NCBI GenBank assembly: GCA_944391745.1
Contig: CALXUS010000007.1
Span: forward strand, 9,939 to 73,938
DNA: 64,000 bases
Origin: an uncultured Clostridia bacterium
GTDB lineage: Bacteria > Bacillota > Clostridia > TANB77 > CAG-508
Direction: 5' to 3'
Shown here: piece by piece, positions 28,052 to 37,146 of the stretch
How the letters are laid out: each line of letters starts with the position of its first letter
Numbering within the stretch: position 1 is the first letter of the stretch
The notes under the pieces: model-generated
Database searches by the model: none
Told to the model about the DNA's origin: nothing
The model's input: only the letters and a program-made list of their open reading frames with translations
Made by a program: the position numbers and the translations under genes

Positions 28052-28805
28052 TTAGCTCACCTCCAAGAAGTGTAACAACTTCTATTATTTTTTCAAAGAA
28101 CTCTTTACGACTTTGTGAACCTTTAACTAATTCATTAAAAATCTTTCCATCTTTTATGAATAAAATTCTGTCTGCATAACTGGCGGTAAAAGCATCATGT
28201 GTAACCATTAGGATAGTTGTATTTAGATTTTTATTTAAGTTTTCAAAGCTATCAAGCAATTGTCTAGCAGACTTTGAATCTAATGCTCCTGTTGGTTCAT
28301 CTGCTAAAACTAATTTGGGATTAGTAATAATCGCTCTAGCTGATGCTATTCTTTGTTTTTGTCCACCTGATACTTGGTAAGGATATTTCTTTAAAATTTC
28401 TTTTATTCCAAGTTTTTCTGAAACAGTTTCTATTCTTTCTTTTATTTCTTTAGGATTAACTCTTTGTATTGTTAATGCTAGTGCAATATTCTCATAAGCT
28501 GTTAATGTATCTAATAAATTAAAATCTTGAAATATAAATCCAAGTTCTTCTCTTCTAAATTTATTAAGTTTATTACCTTTTAGCTTAGTTATATCAGTTC
28601 CATTGATTATAATGTTCCCCGATGTAACTCTATCGATTGTAGAAATACAATTTAATAATGTTGTCTTTCCTGAACCAGATGCTCCCATTATTCCTACAAA
28701 TTCTCCCTCTTGTACTTTAAAACTAATATTATCTATGGCTTTTGTTAAGTTTGATTTATTACCATAGTATTTTTCTACGTTTCTAACTTCTAATACGTTT
28801 TTCAT
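28038..28805 (-). CDS. BceA-type ABC transporter ATP-binding protein
   Basis: 255 aa with Walker A GASGSGKTT, signature VSGGQKQR and Walker B LVLADEPT. Confidence 0.92.
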   Translation of the reverse strand: MKNVLEVRNVEKYYGNKSNLTKAIDNISFKVQEGEFVGIMGASGSGKTTLLNCISTIDRVTSGNIIINGTDITKLKGNKLNKFRREELGFIFQDFNLLDTLTAYENIALALTIQRVNPKEIKERIETVSEKLGIKEILKKYPYQVSGGQKQRIASARAIITNPKLVLADEPTGALDSKSARQLLDSFENLNKNLNTTILMVTHDAFTASYADRILFIKDGKIFNELVKGSQSRKEFFEKIIEVVTLLGGELNDVI

Positions 28806-28847
28806 AAAATTTTCTCCTTTCGATTATATTTTAAACTCTTTTTATAT

Positions 28848-28891
28848 TTCATACCATCGATTTGTATTAATTAAAAGTGACATTTTTGTAA
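28848..28891 (-). promoter_or_regulatory. Putative BceR-type operator plus promoter of the ABC transporter operon
   Basis: The minus strand reads TTACA-AAAA-TGTCA (28878-28891), with a TG-extended TATGAA -10 (28848-28853) 24 nt downstream. As I recall, BceR-like regulators bind a TNACA-N4-TGTAA-type dyad just upstream of -35. Confidence 0.4.
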
Positions 28892-28911
28892 GAATACTTA
28901 CTCTCTTTAAA

Positions 28912-28944
28912 TAAAAAAGGGACCCAGCAGAAACCTGCTGGGTA
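28912..28944 (-). terminator. Intrinsic terminator of the GC-rich orphan gene
   Basis: Stem CCCAGCAG / CTGCTGGG (28923-28930 / 28935-28942), followed on the minus strand by a U6 run (A-run 28914-28919). Confidence 0.72.
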
Positions 28945-28966
28945 TAAGTGATTTTGTTGTTCTTGT

Positions 28967-29395
28967 TTAGACCCTGTAGTAGAGCCATTTTTCTTCTTCC
29001 GAAGCCAGGTCAAACTTCTTGCTGGCCTTCACCACATAGCGAAGCCACGATAGTGTGTGCCAGCCGCTGGTGAGCTTGACATACTTTGAATACCTTGCGG
29101 CATTCTCACCTTCGTCAAAGTACACCTTGATGGCGAAATTCGCCATCCAAATGCTTTTGACTCGATGAAGATGTTCATAATCCTTTTTCAGGTTCTTGAC
29201 TAGCATCGCCACCAAGCCACTCTCTGTTTCCTCATTGATGCCAAGCATCATAAGGTCATCGAACGAGAGGCTATAGTCGTCCTCGTCAGATCTGATATCC
29301 CACCATGCAGGGAGATAATGTCCATCCTTCAATAAGCCTATAAGTTCCCAGTTTTTCCTCCGGCTAGCGAAGAACTTCCTGATTGTGTACAACAT
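28967..29395 (-). CDS. Orphan GC-rich protein (cassette B) inserted within the Bce module
   Basis: The ORF track starts at GTG 29404, but ATG 29395 lies 8 nt after AAGGAG, giving 142 aa. A hand count of ~100 nt at 28970-29070 gives ~53% G+C. The protein is soluble, Trp-rich and acidic (PAWWDIRSDEDDYSLSFDD). No family recognised. Confidence 0.6.
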   Translation of the reverse strand: MLYTIRKFFASRRKNWELIGLLKDGHYLPAWWDIRSDEDDYSLSFDDLMMLGINEETESGLVAMLVKNLKKDYEHLHRVKSIWMANFAIKVYFDEGENAARYSKYVKLTSGWHTLSWLRYVVKASKKFDLASEEEKWLYYRV

Positions 29396-29426
29396 GTATT
29401 TCACTCCTTATAATAGTTTACAATAT

Positions 29427-29455
29427 ATTATACCACATTTTATCAATTATGTAAA
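29427..29455 (-). promoter_or_regulatory. Putative sigma-A promoter of the GC-rich orphan gene
   Basis: The minus strand reads TTTACA (29450-29455), 17-nt spacer, then TG-extended TATAAT (29427-29432). It overlaps the kinase stop codon. Confidence 0.45.
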
Positions 29456-30463
29456 ATCTGTCATACTATTAATAGGAAAAATAATGCTAGTAATTGTTCC
29501 TTTATTTTCCTTAGACTTTATAATTAATCCTAAATCAAGTTTATCACACAATTTTTTGCATAGATAAAGACCTATTCCGGTTGACTTTTTTCCAATCAAT
29601 CTTCCATTTTCACCAGTGAAACCTTTTTCAAATACTCTCGGAATGTCCTTTTCTTTAATGCCAATTCCATTATCTTTAATCAAAAGTGTAACATTGTCCT
29701 TCTTCTCTTCCGAATATATTTCAATTTTCTTTTCATCCTTTTTTGAATATTTAATACTATTTTGAATTATTTGATTTAAAATAAAAATGCACCATTTGCT
29801 ATCTGTGTATACTGTTTTGTCTAAATCATGTAAATTTAATTCAATATTATTGTATACTATTGACTCCTTGTTTCTAACAACTGCTGAATTAACAATTTCT
29901 TTAAGGTTACTTTTACTTACTAAATAATCTTTCTCAACAGTATTGCTCCTTGCATAAAACAACACTTGCTCTATATAATTTTCCATTTTATTTATTTCTT
30001 CATCTATGCTTTTAGTTACTTCAGATTTATTATTTTCAATAATTAATTTACTTGTAGCTATTGGTATTTTAATTTCATGAATCCACATTTCAATATAATC
30101 TTTGTAGTCTTCCACTGCAAACTTATACTTATTTACATTTTCAATCATTGCTTTGTTAGTCTGTCTAAGTGTTTCTTTTAAAATCTTGCCTTCTTCAAAA
30201 TTTGCATTTGGTATTATTTCAGAAATTAAATATTTTTCATCTAATTGATTTAAATTTGATTCTAATGTATCGTAATAAGACTTTTTGTTTATGTATTCAG
30301 CTACATTGAAGACTAAATAAATCGCTGTTGGAACAGCTACAATATATACAGCTATAAATCCCTCTACATTATAAGGTAGCAAAAATACCAAAATTGTGAA
30401 CAGTGCTAATACTAACACCATAAAAGATAAAAGTTTTTCTTTTATAAAACCTTTTAAGCTCAT
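29447..30463 (-). CDS. BceS-type intramembrane-sensing histidine kinase
   Basis: 338 aa with two N-terminal TM helices and almost no extracellular loop. H-box MWIHEIKIPIA, plus an ATPase domain (DNGIGI, GIGLYLC). Confidence 0.85.
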   Translation of the reverse strand: MSLKGFIKEKLLSFMVLVLALFTILVFLLPYNVEGFIAVYIVAVPTAIYLVFNVAEYINKKSYYDTLESNLNQLDEKYLISEIIPNANFEEGKILKETLRQTNKAMIENVNKYKFAVEDYKDYIEMWIHEIKIPIATSKLIIENNKSEVTKSIDEEINKMENYIEQVLFYARSNTVEKDYLVSKSNLKEIVNSAVVRNKESIVYNNIELNLHDLDKTVYTDSKWCIFILNQIIQNSIKYSKKDEKKIEIYSEEKKDNVTLLIKDNGIGIKEKDIPRVFEKGFTGENGRLIGKKSTGIGLYLCKKLCDKLDLGLIIKSKENKGTITSIIFPINSMTDFT

Positions 30464-30478
30464 TTTAATAGTTCTCCT

Positions 30479-31150
30479 TTATTTTAAAAGATATCCTTGT
30501 CCTCTTCTTGTTTCAATTAAATCTTTCAAACCAACTTCTTCAAGCTTTGTTCTTAGCCTTTTCATATTTACTGTAAGAGTATTATCATCTATAAAACTTT
30601 CACTCTCCCACAAATAATTTATTATCTCTTCTCTTGAAACAATTTGTCCTCTTTTCGATACTAAAAAATATAGTATTTTTAATTCATTTTTCGTAAGTTC
30701 TATTTGTATATTTTCTTTTTCCAACATACTTTTAGATACATTTAATATAAAATCTTTACAATCTATTCTATTTTGATTTGTATCAGTAATTTTGCTTCTC
30801 CTTAAAAGCCCTGCAATTTTTGCAAGTAATATTTGCAAATTAAAAGGTTTTGTAACATACTGGTCTGCACCATAATTTAAACTTATTAGTTCTTCTAGCT
30901 CATTATCTTTACTTGTTATCATAATTATAGGCACATTAGACACTTTTCTTATTTCTTTTAAAATATACTCTCCATCTATATTGGGTAAATTTATATCCAA
31001 TAATATTAAATCAGAATTTATTTCAATTGCATCTTTTACTGGATTTTCAAAGTTTTCTAAACTTGTTGCTTCATATCCATTTTTATTTAAAAATATTTCT
31101 AATTCTTTTCTTAATTTTTCATCATCTTCAATTATTAGAATTTTTGACAT
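30479..31150 (-). CDS. BceR-type OmpR-family response regulator
   Basis: 223 aa with a receiver domain (ILIIEDD, LLDINLP) and a winged-helix C-terminus (RGQGY). Confidence 0.9.
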   Translation of the reverse strand: MSKILIIEDDEKLRKELEIFLNKNGYEATSLENFENPVKDAIEINSDLILLDINLPNIDGEYILKEIRKVSNVPIIMITSKDNELEELISLNYGADQYVTKPFNLQILLAKIAGLLRRSKITDTNQNRIDCKDFILNVSKSMLEKENIQIELTKNELKILYFLVSKRGQIVSREEIINYLWESESFIDDNTLTVNMKRLRTKLEEVGLKDLIETRRGQGYLLK

Positions 31151-31180
31151 ACATTTCTCCTTACATTAATATAATATAAA

Positions 31181-31209
31181 ATTGTACATTTTTATTATGA
31201 TAATTGCAA
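31181..31209 (-). promoter_or_regulatory. Putative promoter of the bceRS-like operon
   Basis: The minus strand reads TTGCAA (31204-31209), 17-nt spacer, then TG-extended TACAAT (31181-31186). Confidence 0.4.
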
Positions 31210-31281
31210 TACTCAATAGTAATATATCTTAGTTCTACTAAAAATTCCAGCAAAAGAGAAGCAGAAAAATCTGCTTCTCTT

Positions 31282-31854
31282 TTACATATCAGTTTCATCA
31301 TATTCAATTTCATATTCTTGTCCCTGATTATTATCTTGAGATGCTTTTTGCTTTACCTCTGTTGTTGTTCCAGCTGGAGTTGTCGTTATTTTTACTTCAC
31401 TGTTTTTTCCATTTTTTAATGCTTCCTTTTGTAATTTATTTAATTTCATACCATTCATTGTTTTTCCTAACATTTCACTTAATTTATCTGCCAAATCTGG
31501 TACCAAATCAAGTAGTTTATCTACTGATGATGAATGCTCTACTGGAAGTAATTTAACACCACTTGCTTGTACAACAATAAATGCTATTGGAGATATGCTA
31601 ACTCCAGCTCCAGAGCCTCCTCCAAATGGAAGTCTTTCCTTAGGCGTTTCCATTTCTTTTTTCGTAACATCTTTTGTTTTTCCATTGAACTCACTTCCAC
31701 CTGCTGCAAATCCAAAATTAACTTTAGATACAGGTATAATTACTACATTATTAGAAGTTTGTATCGGATCTCCAACAATAGTATTGACATCTACCATTTC
31801 CTTAATGCTATTCATTGCAGTATTCATTAACCCTTCAATTGGATATTCGCTCAT
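31282..31854 (-). CDS. ytfJ: Sporulation protein YtfJ (GerW family)
   Basis: 190 aa. The N-terminal 130 aa match the YtfJ pattern (IVGDPI...VIIPVSKVNFGFAAGGSEF...GGGSGAGVSISPIAFIVV). It also has a ~50-aa polar C-terminal extension. Confidence 0.8.
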   Translation of the reverse strand: MSEYPIEGLMNTAMNSIKEMVDVNTIVGDPIQTSNNVVIIPVSKVNFGFAAGGSEFNGKTKDVTKKEMETPKERLPFGGGSGAGVSISPIAFIVVQASGVKLLPVEHSSSVDKLLDLVPDLADKLSEMLGKTMNGMKLNKLQKEALKNGKNSEVKITTTPAGTTTEVKQKASQDNNQGQEYEIEYDETDM

Positions 31855-31878
31855 TTTTTCCTCCTTATTATTACACTT

Positions 31879-32511
31879 TTAAAGTGCTTTATTTTTCTTA
31901 CTACACATTATTTTAATAATATGTATTAATCTACTAGTTATTATGCAACTAAATTGTAAAAAAAATACATTTTGTTTTAAATAAATTGGGGTAACTTTAT
32001 AATAATAATTTTTATAATTTTTTAAATCAGTTATATAAGGAAGAACTATTGCAATTATTATGCTTATTACAGAAGTCATTATTGCTGTTACTGCTGCATC
32101 ATCAGTTCCAATTTCTATTTGTAATTTACTTTTTCTAAAATATAATTCTGGAATAATTTTCTTCGAAATTTCTTTTGCTTTCTTTTTATCTTCTTTAATA
32201 TCTTTATTATTTTTTATCTCTTTTTCTAATTGTTTTAGCATTATTTTTTTTAATCTTTTTTCATCAAAATTTAATGAAAATATTTGAATTCCATTAAAAA
32301 TCGTTAGTTTTAAACTTATTTTTAACCTTATATAATCTAAAAATTCTAATTTCAATTTATCTTCATTTTCACATAATAATATTTTTAATATGCTAACTGC
32401 GGAATCTATATTTTCTATTCTTATATCTTTTACAATCAATTTTAAACTTGCAGTACTTAATATTAAAGAAATTAAAATACTACACAGTAATATCCAAAGA
32501 AAAACTATCAC
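31879..32511 (-). CDS. Hypothetical membrane protein, possible YtfI/DUF2953
   Basis: 210 aa with an N-terminal TM helix. The position immediately upstream of ytfJ mirrors the ytfI-ytfJ pair of Bacillus. The assignment is weak. Confidence 0.4.
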   Translation of the reverse strand: MIVFLWILLCSILISLILSTASLKLIVKDIRIENIDSAVSILKILLCENEDKLKLEFLDYIRLKISLKLTIFNGIQIFSLNFDEKRLKKIMLKQLEKEIKNNKDIKEDKKKAKEISKKIIPELYFRKSKLQIEIGTDDAAVTAIMTSVISIIIAIVLPYITDLKNYKNYYYKVTPIYLKQNVFFLQFSCIITSRLIHIIKIMCSKKNKAL

Positions 32512-32570
32512 AAAGAATTCCTCCTTTATAATAGTTTTTCCATTTTTTTACTGTATATTCAATTATATAT

Positions 32571-33341
32571 TTAATTTATATTTTTTATCTCTCTATTTTT
32601 CTTATTAACGTTAATATCTCCAAATAGCTCATTTTGCTCTGTAACTACTTTACTCCTTCTAGACATTTCTAAAAGACCTGAGAAGGCAGTAACAACCTCT
32701 TGTGGCTTACATTTCTTTACAGAAAATAGCTTATTAAATACAAAATGCTTATTTTTAATTAATTCTCTATACATTGTTTTTACAGAATCTCCAACACTGT
32801 AATTTTCAATTATAGCTATTTTCTCGATATTTTTTGCATTTTTATTAATCTTATTAGTATTTTTATCTAATATATCTTTGTATGTTTTATATATATCTTT
32901 TCCAGTAAAGTTAACTTCTAAATCAGTTCTTTTTGGAATTTCTAAAGGCTCCGGTAATCTATAATATCTATTAGTATTCATGCTGTACATATCTCGTAAT
33001 TTATTAGTTACTTCCTTATACTGTTTATATTCAATAATTCTTCTAATAAGTTCTTCTTCTGAAAGCATTTCCTCCTCTTCTTCCTGTCTTGGAAGTAATT
33101 TTTTTGATTTAATATAAAGAAGGTTTGATGCCATTATTAAAAACTCACTTGTAACTTCTAAATTCATTTGTTCTGCCATATTAATATACTCTATATATTG
33201 GTCTGTTATATCACTTAAAGATATATCATATATGTCCATTTTATTTTCATCAATTAAATGACAAAGTAAATCAAGTGGGCCTTCAAAATTATCAATTTTT
33301 ATTTTATATTTATTAATTTCTAATGTAAAAACATTTTGCAT
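32571..33341 (-). CDS. scpA: Segregation and condensation protein A
   Basis: 256 aa with the N-terminal kleisin block FEGPLDLLCHLI...DIYDISLSDITDQY. Confidence 0.85.
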   Translation of the reverse strand: MQNVFTLEINKYKIKIDNFEGPLDLLCHLIDENKMDIYDISLSDITDQYIEYINMAEQMNLEVTSEFLIMASNLLYIKSKKLLPRQEEEEEMLSEEELIRRIIEYKQYKEVTNKLRDMYSMNTNRYYRLPEPLEIPKRTDLEVNFTGKDIYKTYKDILDKNTNKINKNAKNIEKIAIIENYSVGDSVKTMYRELIKNKHFVFNKLFSVKKCKPQEVVTAFSGLLEMSRRSKVVTEQNELFGDINVNKKNREIKNIN

Positions 33342-33358
33342 CTTATTTTCCTTTCGCT

Positions 33359-33799
33359 TTAATCATTTATAGCCTCATTAATGCTTTCAAATTCATAGCC
33401 TTTTTTTCTTAAATAATTTATAATTTCTTCTTTTTCTAGATTTGACTTCTTATTTGCAATATTTTTTGCTGATTGAACCTCATAATTTTTTAACATATCA
33501 ATATTTTCTGAAAAGTAATCATCTAATATATTTTTATTTATCCCCTTAGATAATAACTTATATTTTACTTCTTTTATTGATAAGTTCTTAAGAGCCATAA
33601 ATTCATTTACAGCTCTCTTTATGTATTTATAGTCATCTATATATCCATTTTCTTTTAATTCTTCTATTGTATCATTTAATAAATCATCTTCTATTATTTT
33701 ATTAAACTTTAACCTTACTTCATTTTCAGTTCTTTTTTTGAAAGATATATATTTCAAAACCTTAGTTTTTGCAGCATCTAACTCTTCAATACTATACAT
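33359..33799 (-). CDS. recX: RecA regulator RecX
   Basis: 146 aa, helical-repeat rich (ENGYIDD), located immediately downstream of recA. Confidence 0.7.
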   Translation of the reverse strand: MYSIEELDAAKTKVLKYISFKKRTENEVRLKFNKIIEDDLLNDTIEELKENGYIDDYKYIKRAVNEFMALKNLSIKEVKYKLLSKGINKNILDDYFSENIDMLKNYEVQSAKNIANKKSNLEKEEIINYLRKKGYEFESINEAIND

Positions 33800-33807
33800 A
33801 TTGACCC

Positions 33808-34884
33808 CTATTCTTCGTCTTCATCAGTAGGCTCGATTTCTTGTTCTTCATCAACTACTTCTTCACCTAAACTCTGTTCAAAAGCCTCATTAAAGTTATT
33901 TCTGATTTTTTCTTCGATTTCGTTCATTATTTCTGGATTATCTTCTAAATACTTTTTAGCATTTTCTCTACCTTGACCAATTCTTGTTCCATTATAGCCA
34001 AACCAAGAACCACTCTTTTCAACTAATCCAAGATTTATACCTAAATCTAAGATATTACCTGATTTAGAAATACCTTTACCATAAATTATATCAAATTCAG
34101 CCTCTCTAAATGGTGGCGCTACTTTATTTTTTACAACTTTAACTCTAACTCTATTTCCTACTACATCACCATCTTGCTTTATATTTTCTATTTTTCTAAT
34201 ATCCATTCTTACAGATGCGTAAAATTTAAGTGCTCTTCCTCCTGGTGTAGTTTCTGGATTTCCAAACATAACTCCTACTTTTTCTCTTAACTGGTTAATA
34301 AATACTATTACACTATTTGATTTATTGATTACACCAGCTAATTTTCTTAAAGCTTGAGACATAAGTCTAGCTTGAAGTCCAACGTGTGCATCACCCATAT
34401 CTCCATCTATTTCAGCCTTTGGTACTAATGCTGCAACTGAGTCAACTACTATTATGTCAATAGCACCGCTTCTAACCAAAGCTTCTGCTATTTCAAGGGC
34501 TTGTTCACCTGTATCAGGTTGTGATACTATTAAATTATCTATATCAACTCCTAAATGCTTAGCATATACAGGATCAAGAGCATGTTCTGCATCAATAAAA
34601 GCAGCTTCTCCACCCATTTTCTGTGCTTCAGCAATCATGTGTAAAGCTAGTGTGGTTTTTCCTGATGATTCAGGACCATATACTTCTATAATTCTTCCTT
34701 TTGGTATACCTCCTATACCAAGTGCTATATCTAGACTTAAAGCTCCTGTTGGTATTGCTTCAACATTCATTGCTTTAAATTCACCTAATTTCATAACTGA
34801 ACCTTTTCCAAATTGTTTTTCTATTTGTCCTAATGCTGCCTCTAATGCTTTTTGCTTCTCTAAATTTGCTTTTTCTGTACTCAT
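33808..34884 (-). CDS. recA: Recombinase RecA
   Basis: 358 aa with the P-loop GPESSGKTT and highly conserved RecA blocks throughout ([29 protein letters not shown]). Confidence 0.98.
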   Translation of the reverse strand: MSTEKANLEKQKALEAALGQIEKQFGKGSVMKLGEFKAMNVEAIPTGALSLDIALGIGGIPKGRIIEVYGPESSGKTTLALHMIAEAQKMGGEAAFIDAEHALDPVYAKHLGVDIDNLIVSQPDTGEQALEIAEALVRSGAIDIIVVDSVAALVPKAEIDGDMGDAHVGLQARLMSQALRKLAGVINKSNSVIVFINQLREKVGVMFGNPETTPGGRALKFYASVRMDIRKIENIKQDGDVVGNRVRVKVVKNKVAPPFREAEFDIIYGKGISKSGNILDLGINLGLVEKSGSWFGYNGTRIGQGRENAKKYLEDNPEIMNEIEEKIRNNFNEAFEQSLGEEVVDEEQEIEPTDEDEE

Positions 34885-34992
34885 AATTTTCCTCCTAATT
34901 AAACATTTGTTTGTACGTTACATATTATATACTAACCATTTTATTTGTCAAGAGTTTTCCAAACATTTTTTCGATTTTATTTTTTACTAATT

Positions 34993-36555
34993 TTATTTTT
35001 GTCTAAACCATTCGTTGAAATTATCATATACATCATAACTATTTGGTGAAAAATTTCCTCCCACATCTGCATTTAAAATTAATGTATTTTTACTTCTATA
35101 TAATCCAATGTACGGTACTTCATCATTAACTACTTTTTGAATTTCTGCATAATTGTCTAAAGAATTTAACTTTGATTTAACATCAGAATTATTGTAATTT
35201 GCAAGATTGCCATCTCCATAAAAATAAGTTAAATCTGGATTCATAGAATTAGTGACACCAGTTATAATCATCTGATAATTTTTATTATTCAAATACTCAT
35301 AATACTTTTCAGTAGATACCTTAGTAATATTTACTGTAATTCCTACATTTTGTAATTGTCTCTTTATTTCATTTGCAGCATTTACTCTATCAGCGTTTTC
35401 TTCTGGTACTATTAAAGATAATGTTAATCTTCTAACATATCCATTAATACTTTTTTGCCACTTATCATTTCTATAAGTCCATCCACCTTCTTCTAATACC
35501 GTTCTAGCTTGCTCCGAATTATATGAAATTTCCCCTTCGTGAGAGTACAAATAACTTCCATAGTCTAAAGGCGAACTTGCAGTATAATAATTATTAGAAA
35601 AAACCGTAGATACTAAAGTATTGCGATCAATTGCATAATTTATTGCTTGTCTTACTGCCTTATCTTGTAAAATAATATCATTACAATTAAGACTTATATA
35701 ATCATAATTTCTTCCTTTATATTCTTTTTTATTATATCCCATTGTTCCTATATGCTCACTATAAGTACTTGTAGAAGTATTTATTATGTCTATATTACCT
35801 AGTTTGAAACTATTATATATTTCTCCCATAGTTCCATATCTTTTTATTGTTATAGATTGAGCCTTTGGAGTTTTCTCCTTTATAAATCTCCATCTATCAT
35901 TTCTAGTAAGCAAAATTGTATTATCATCTATACTAGCTATCTTGTACATACCTGTGCCTATTGGGATTTTATTTGTAGTCTCAAAGTTTTCATTAAGATA
36001 ATACATACTTGGTAAAATTGGAAATGTTAAATTAAATTCAAAAAAGTTCACAGCTCTTGAGAGATGAAAAATTACAGTTTCTGTATCTGGAGTTTCAACA
36101 CTCTGCACATCTGCCACATTTGCTGAATATACAGTATTTCTTTCTTTTAACCTATCAACAGTAAAGCTTACATCTTTAGCTATTAAACTACTTCCATCTT
36201 GCCATTTAATAGAAGTATCTATTTTCACTTCATAAGTAGTATCATCGATTTTGGTCCATGATTTAGCCAAACATGGTTCTACTCTATAATCTGATGTTAT
36301 ATTCAATAATGGATCAAATATCAATTTAGTAATATTAATTATTTCTTTATTATTCGTTAAAATAGGATTCATTGTATCATAATTAGATATGCCCATAGTA
36401 AGGCTATCTCTCATATCTATTGTAGATTCTTGTGTAGTTTCCTCCTCTTCAACATCATCTTCTGTAGTATTCTGATTATATATAACATAAACAGTTCCTA
36501 TTATTAACAATATTATAACTACGATAAATATATATTTAAATACATTGTTTTTCAT
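34993..36555 (-). CDS. ABC transporter substrate-binding protein, family 5 (peptide/nickel type), orphan
   Basis: 520 aa with an N-terminal anchor and the size and blocks typical of SBP_bac_5 (DGSSLIAKDVSFT, IPIGTGMYK). No permease or ATPase genes are adjacent. Confidence 0.68.
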   Translation of the reverse strand: MKNNVFKYIFIVVIILLIIGTVYVIYNQNTTEDDVEEEETTQESTIDMRDSLTMGISNYDTMNPILTNNKEIINITKLIFDPLLNITSDYRVEPCLAKSWTKIDDTTYEVKIDTSIKWQDGSSLIAKDVSFTVDRLKERNTVYSANVADVQSVETPDTETVIFHLSRAVNFFEFNLTFPILPSMYYLNENFETTNKIPIGTGMYKIASIDDNTILLTRNDRWRFIKEKTPKAQSITIKRYGTMGEIYNSFKLGNIDIINTSTSTYSEHIGTMGYNKKEYKGRNYDYISLNCNDIILQDKAVRQAINYAIDRNTLVSTVFSNNYYTASSPLDYGSYLYSHEGEISYNSEQARTVLEEGGWTYRNDKWQKSINGYVRRLTLSLIVPEENADRVNAANEIKRQLQNVGITVNITKVSTEKYYEYLNNKNYQMIITGVTNSMNPDLTYFYGDGNLANYNNSDVKSKLNSLDNYAEIQKVVNDEVPYIGLYRSKNTLILNADVGGNFSPNSYDVYDNFNEWFRQK

Positions 36556-36747
36556 AAGTTCACTCCCAAAGTTAATATAAAACTATTATTACCTATTTAT
36601 AATATAATAAAACCATATATTTTTCAATACTTTGTTAAAAATCCCATAAACATAAAAAAGACATATATAAAATGTTCTTCACAAAACATTAAAATATGCC
36701 CCCATAAGTTTATACTAAACCGATTTTAATAAACTTTTTATATAATT

Positions 36748-37008
36748 TTATCTAGATTCCACTATAAGTCGTATTCCTGTCCTATCTTCGCCTTCTATTT
36801 CAACCTCTGCGAATGCTGGTATACAGACTAAATCTACTCCTGTTGGTGCTACAAAACCTCTTGCTATTGCCACTGCCTTAACAGCTTGATTTAATGCTCC
36901 TGCTCCAATTGCTTGCATTTCTGCCTTTTTTGTTTCTTTTACCATCCCAGCAATCGCTCCTGCTACTGAGTTTGGATTTGATTTTGATGAAATTTTTAAC
37001 ACTTCCAT
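36748..37008 (-). CDS. spoVS: Stage V sporulation protein S
   Basis: 86 aa, near-canonical SpoVS sequence (LKISSKSNPNSVAGAIAG...QAVKAVAIARGF). Confidence 0.95.
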   Translation of the reverse strand: MEVLKISSKSNPNSVAGAIAGMVKETKKAEMQAIGAGALNQAVKAVAIARGFVAPTGVDLVCIPAFAEVEIEGEDRTGIRLIVESR

Positions 37009-37146
37009 TTTTTCCTCCTAAAATTTAAATTATTGTTTATTTGTAATTACATATATAGTTATAATACTTTAAGGAAAAAATGTCTAGTATTTTTTACCAA
37101 TTTATAGTAAAATCGTTCGACGTTTTCTGACATTTTATGGTACTTT

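Noticed and set aside
29396-29404. GTG 29404 as the start of the GC-rich orphan gene
   Set aside because: The GTG lies within the AAGGAG Shine-Dalgarno sequence itself. ATG 29395 is correctly spaced 8 nt downstream.
34454-34990. 178-aa plus-strand ORF
   Set aside because: It is entirely antisense to recA, whose identity is unambiguous. Its composition is low-complexity (Ser/Ile/Pro/Ala-rich) and it has no RBS, so it is an antisense-frame artefact.
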